From the human T2T-CHM13v2.0 reference genome, Homo sapiens: a DNA stretch of 64,000 bases. Below are positions 59,262 through 64,000 of this stretch, piece by piece. Every line of letters begins with the position of its first letter. Position 1 is the stretch's first letter. The stretch lies in NCBI RefSeq assembly GCF_009914755.1, contig NC_060926.1; one strand, given 5' to 3'. The position numbers were made by a program, and so were the translations under genes. The notes under the pieces were generated by a model. That model was given only the letters and a program-made list of their open reading frames with translations. It was not told where the DNA came from and made no database searches.

Positions 59262-59557
59262 GGCTGGCTGCGGTGCCTCAGCCTTGTAATCCCAGCACTT
59301 TGGGAGGCTAAGGCGGGAGATCTCTTGAGCCCAGGAGTTGGCGACCAGCCTGGGCAACATAGAGAGTCCCTGTCTCTACCCCCCCAAAAAAAAAATTAGG
59401 CGGGTGTGGTGGTGTGTGCCTGAGGTCCTAGACACGTAGGAGGCTGAGGTGGGAGGATCATTTGAGCCCGAGAGGTCAAGGCTGCAGTGAGCAGTGATCG
59501 TACCACTACTCTCCCGCCTGAGCGAAAGAGCGAGATCCTGGCTCAAAAAAAAAAAAA
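59262..59557 (+). mobile_element. Full-length Alu (AluJ-like) with TSD
   Basis: AGTCAAATGA flanks both ends. Confidence 0.93.
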
Positions 59558-60313
59558 GTCAAATGAGGAGCCAGAAATTTGGTTGCAGGGTTGGAGACAG
59601 AATCGCTACTTGAGTCTGCTCAGAGGCTGTGGTGCATCTGTAAGCAACGTCTGCTAATAGGGGCGCGAGAGCCGGTAAACCCCAGCACTGGGGTTACTGA
59701 TGGTATTCCAGTTTCCTGATTGGTCATCAGGAAACTGACTTGTGTGGGGGGTGTGGAGCTGGTGGGTGAGTTTTTCACTTGTCCTCTAAATGTAAATTCA
59801 CCGCAAAAGCTGTGCACTGACGCTGTAAACCCATATTCATCTTGAATGGGTTCTAACACTTTTAAAAATCAAACCCAGGCAAGCAAGTGCTTTGATTCAG
59901 TGTTTTGTCGGTGCTGGTTTGTTTTGCATACACCGGGATTCTTCTAGACGCCCTGCCTTTGGTGCCCAGTCCGTTTCTTCTGGCAGAGGCACCTGTAAAA
60001 TGGGGATGAAGCCATCCAACCCAGGGAACACCGAAGATTCAATGGGATTCTGTAAAGCAGCAGGGTCTGACGCCTGTGTGTGTGCTCAGGGGCTGGAAGC
60101 TGTAGCTGTGTTGTTATTATTACTACACAGCATTTCTTACCACAGAGCCTGAATTCTTGCTTCCCCCATTCCTTAGTAGAAGAGGCTGCCGGCCAGTTAA
60201 TTCTCAGATATTCAGTATGGGTTACCTCTCACTGAACATTAGGTTTTTACTTCTTATCTGATCATGTTTTTCTTTTCTTTCCCTCCCCAGTAAACACCAT
60301 GAGAAAGGGAAGG

Positions 60314-60713
60314 TGTGATGGTTAATTTTATGTGTCAGCGTGGCTGGGCTCTGGTACCCAGTTGTTTGGTCAAAAAACAGGTTTACTTGTTGCCGTGAAG
60401 GTGTTTTTTAGATGTGACTAACATCTAAGTCAGCAAGCTTCGAGTGCAGCACGTTACCCACGTATCAGGGCCGGGCTTCATCTAATCGGTAGTGGGCCTT
60501 AGGGGCAAAGACTAAGGTTTCCCTAAGGGCAACTAATTCTTCTCAAGACTGCAATAGACACACCCTGCCTGAGTTTCCAGCCTGCCGCCCTACGGAATTC
60601 AAATGCTCCCATTTGGAACTGCAGTATCATCTCTTCCCTGAGCCTCCAGCCTGCTGCCCTGTTCTATAGATTCCAGACTTACCGCCTCCACAATCTCATG
60701 AGCCAATCCCTTG

Positions 60714-60748
<35 letters not shown>

Positions 60749-60816
60749 TATGTATGTATCTATGTGTATACATTTCCTTGATTGATTCTGTTTCTCTGGA
60801 GAACGTGACTAACACA
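60314..60816 (+). mobile_element. ERVL solo LTR (MLT2-type) with internal (CT)n
   Basis: TGTGATGGTTAATTTTATGTGTCA start, TTCTGTTTCTCTGGAGAAC...GACTAACACA end; flanks GAAGG/GAAAG. Confidence 0.85.
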
Positions 60817-61304
60817 GAAAGTCAAGACAGGTGAAAAATTCAAAATCCGGGAAATATGCATACTTTTTATGTCATGGTTGGTGCTAACAGTTAAAGTCTT
60901 TAAACAGCCCCTAGAGTCCCCAGTGGAAGCTTCCTTGGGCCCTTGTTCAGGAAACTAGTAAGGGTTTAATTTGTTTTTCAATTAATGTCGTGGTTCTTAT
61001 TGTTACTGAGTGTTGTGTCTCTGCAGTGACTCCCTGTGGGGCAGGACACAGGTCAGCCTGGCTTTCTACGGGCTTCAATTCTCATTTGCACTGTCGCACA
61101 GCACTGGGGCCCGAGTTTCCAGCCTCTGCAGGATCCACATGATCTTAGAAGAGGCCTTCCTGCCTGGAGCTGCCCCATCTAAAGTCACCATGCAGCCCTT
61201 CCAGCTGTTTTCCCTTACAGCTGCCAACAGGGCTGGGACTGTGTCAGCCTGGGCATTTTTCTTCCCTGTCATAGTGTGTCACAGTTGTTTTAAAGTTATA
61301 TTAA

Positions 61305-61692
<388 letters not shown>

Positions 61693-61767
61693 ATCCTACA
61701 TATATTTCTAAACTATTTCCCATATGTCAGTCTCTTCAGTATTTCTTTATTATCAAAAACAAAGCAA

Positions 61768-62024
61768 ACCAACATGATGAAACCCCATCTCTACTAAAAA
61801 TACAAAAATTAGCCAGGTGTGGTGGTGCACGCCTGTAGTCTCAGCTACTTAGGAGGCTAAGGCAGAAGAATCTCTTGAACCTGGGAGGCAGAGGTTGCAG
61901 TGAGTCAAGATTGCACCACTGAACCACATTGGCCAGGCCGATTTCAAACTCCTGACCTCAAGTGATCCACCCACCTCAGCCTCCCAAAGTACTGGAATTA
62001 CAGGTATAAGCCACCGCACCCAGC
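61768..62024. mobile_element. Rearranged Alu: sense middle segment fused to antisense 5' segment
   Basis: ~61768-61921 is sense (linker plus most of the right arm, no tail); ~61922-62024 is the antisense left-arm start. Confidence 0.85.
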
Positions 62025-62727
62025 TTCTTTCTGTATTTTGAAATTCCACATATTTTTGTCCACTTTGCTTTTTAAAATAAAAGATTCTGCTCTCCTACAT
62101 AAAAAACAAAACAAAACAAATAACTCCCCCCACATACACACACAAAAAAACCATGAGGGACACAGTCCCATCAACACACAAGGCACCTTTATTGCCATCC
62201 TCGGCACCTGGCCCAGTTGCGGCTGTGCCCTTTTTGACTGTCCGTCTAGAACACCAACTCTACAAGGGCAGAGGACCAGGTGCACCTCGGCTCACACCCT
62301 ACGAATGCTCAGCTCGAGCCCAGTGCCTGGCACGCAAGGGCACCATGCACACTTGGTGAAATAACTGAATGAGTACAAATTCAGCAGGTAGAAGGGAAGA
62401 AAAGAGAAACTATCTATGGTGGTGGGAGAGTGGGGGCTGATGCAGGAGATGTATTTTTAAGGGGGATACCCACCATTTTCTTACTCTAACAATTTGACTG
62501 CATAACACTGCCCCACGTGCACAGCAAAAAGATCCCGTTACTGCCCATGATAGAACCTGTATGTCCCTGCTTCGTAAGTACTCTAAATACTCCTCTGCAG
62601 TTCAAGGTCAAACTGGAAAGTCAACACGAGTGTCTGGAACCAAGTCAATGTGAACAGGGGGTCAGAGGAACGTGCACAAGGCTTGAAGCTAGACTGGCTC
62701 ACGCATGAGAAAGGAGTGCCTCCTGAC

Positions 62728-62902
62728 CTGGCATGATGGTCTTCTTGCATTCCTGGCACTTGGATGAGTACTCGTTGGAATAGCAGTCTGTACAGAGCAG
62801 CTGGTCCTCCTTGGCAGCAAAGGGCTTGTCCACCAGTGAGTTTCTGCACTGCGAGCAGTGGAAACAGGCTTCATGCCAGTGCCGGTCCTTGTAAGACAAG
62901 TC
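62728..62902 (-). CDS. FHL2: FHL2 coding exon (LIM1-LIM2); the upstream ATG exon lies beyond the window
   Basis: Acceptor GGCCCCACAG|; DLSYKDRHWHEACFHCSQCRNSLVDKPF...CQECKKTIMP; donor CAG|GTCAGG; 175 nt; phases match downstream exons. Confidence 0.97.
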
Positions 62903-64000
62903 CTGTGGGGCCAGACCACACAAGACAGTCAGAGGCAGGACAGGAGGGCTTGGACCCACAGCATAGGGGCCCCTTGCGAATCTGCAGGGCAAACAAGGAA
63001 AGAAGTTGGGCCGAGGCACCCTGGCGCACCCACATTCATGCCCCAGGACCACCTAACTGCTGAAATCAATTAAGACTAGGCTGCTTTTCTCTTGCTGCAT
63101 TTTAGAGCAACAGGTTAGACAGATGTGCATGTATGCACATGTCTGTGTGTGAGAGATGCTTCTAAAAAACAAAGGGATTTCCCTTATGTATTGCCTGCAA
63201 GAAAGAGAAACAGAAAACATGAACACCTATCAATTCGTCTCACACCACATCCGGTGACAGAGAAACAGACTGCAGGACATCCTTGGCTGAGGGAGCCCTG
63301 CCCAACTCAGATCACTGTGGTCACCGGCATGGCAGAGAGGCTCTGGGTGTCGGGATGTTCACAGGAGGCCCAAGGACTGTTTGGTGGGAGACGGTCAGGA
63401 GAGACTGTGTGTGTGGGTGCTACCTCTGTGGGTGGCCGTGAGCTGGGGGAGGAAGGGAATTTCAGGCAGAGAAAGAGCACAGACACAGAAGATCTGGGGA
63501 CGGGGGGCATGTCAGATTGGAGGGACCACAGGCCAGGGGCGAGGTGGGAGGGCCCCCCGGCCTGGCTGGACTGGAAGATATGGCTGCCTTTTTGCCTTTT
63601 ATGTCTGTGTAGAGATTCCATTGATCCTGAAGGCAGTGGACAGCTGCTTTTCAACAGGAGAGTGAAGTGCTCAGACTGGGGGACGGGTAAGGATGTGGGA
63701 GTGGAGGGGCGTGAGGGTGGGAGAAGTGAGACAAAAACTGAGCACACATGGGAGAGGCCCTGAGAAGACAGACGTGTGCTTTTGAGTAAAAGATGAGGGA
63801 GAGAAAGGAGCCCCGCAGAAAACTCGACTCCACACTTGGCTTCATCTTGCCTGAGGAATAAGAGAACCCTCCATATTTGCCTTTTAAAAATGACATACGG
63901 CATTTTTAAAGTGCCAACACAAAATTAAAATAACAATCTCTTTATGCCCAGCTTTATCTTAGAAAGGATATGTTTCTATTGCTGTCTTTGTGTTCCCAGC

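Noticed and set aside
63125-63903. 212-aa and 198-aa overlapping ORFs in an FHL2 intron
   Set aside because: Purine-skewed, GC-rich intronic sequence with biased composition and no recognisable homology

Overview
Primate (very likely human, 2q12) genomic DNA, rich in Alu, L1, L2, MIR, LTR and DNA-transposon remnants. It holds three genes. (1) The 5' end of a minus-strand gene: a CpG island, a non-coding first exon ending at a CCG|GTGAGT donor at 18811, and its first intron running off the left edge. By synteny this is TGFBRAP1; none of its coding sequence is in the window. (2) The complete C2orf49/Ashwin gene on the + strand: four coding exons (26778-26876, 28763-28929, 32028-32403, 34495-34551) that splice in frame to 232 aa, plus a long 3' UTR. 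(3) The last four coding exons of FHL2 on the - strand (62728-62902, 56740-56909, 52455-52641, 50453-50604), with a poly(A) signal at 50012-50017. No tRNA, rRNA, CRISPR or prokaryotic-type system is visible, and most ORFs in the supplied track are Alu or low-complexity artefacts. I cannot demonstrate a new biological system. The strongest unexplained signals are a ~204-bp fold-back element I cannot assign to a repeat family (12921-13124), a candidate in-frame 126-nt GC-AG exitron in C2orf49 exon 3, a near-perfect U1 site inside the C2orf49 3' UTR, and tightly spaced inverted Alu pairs, one next to convergent poly(A) signals at the FHL2 3' end. Repeat boundaries and subfamily calls were made by eye and are approximate.
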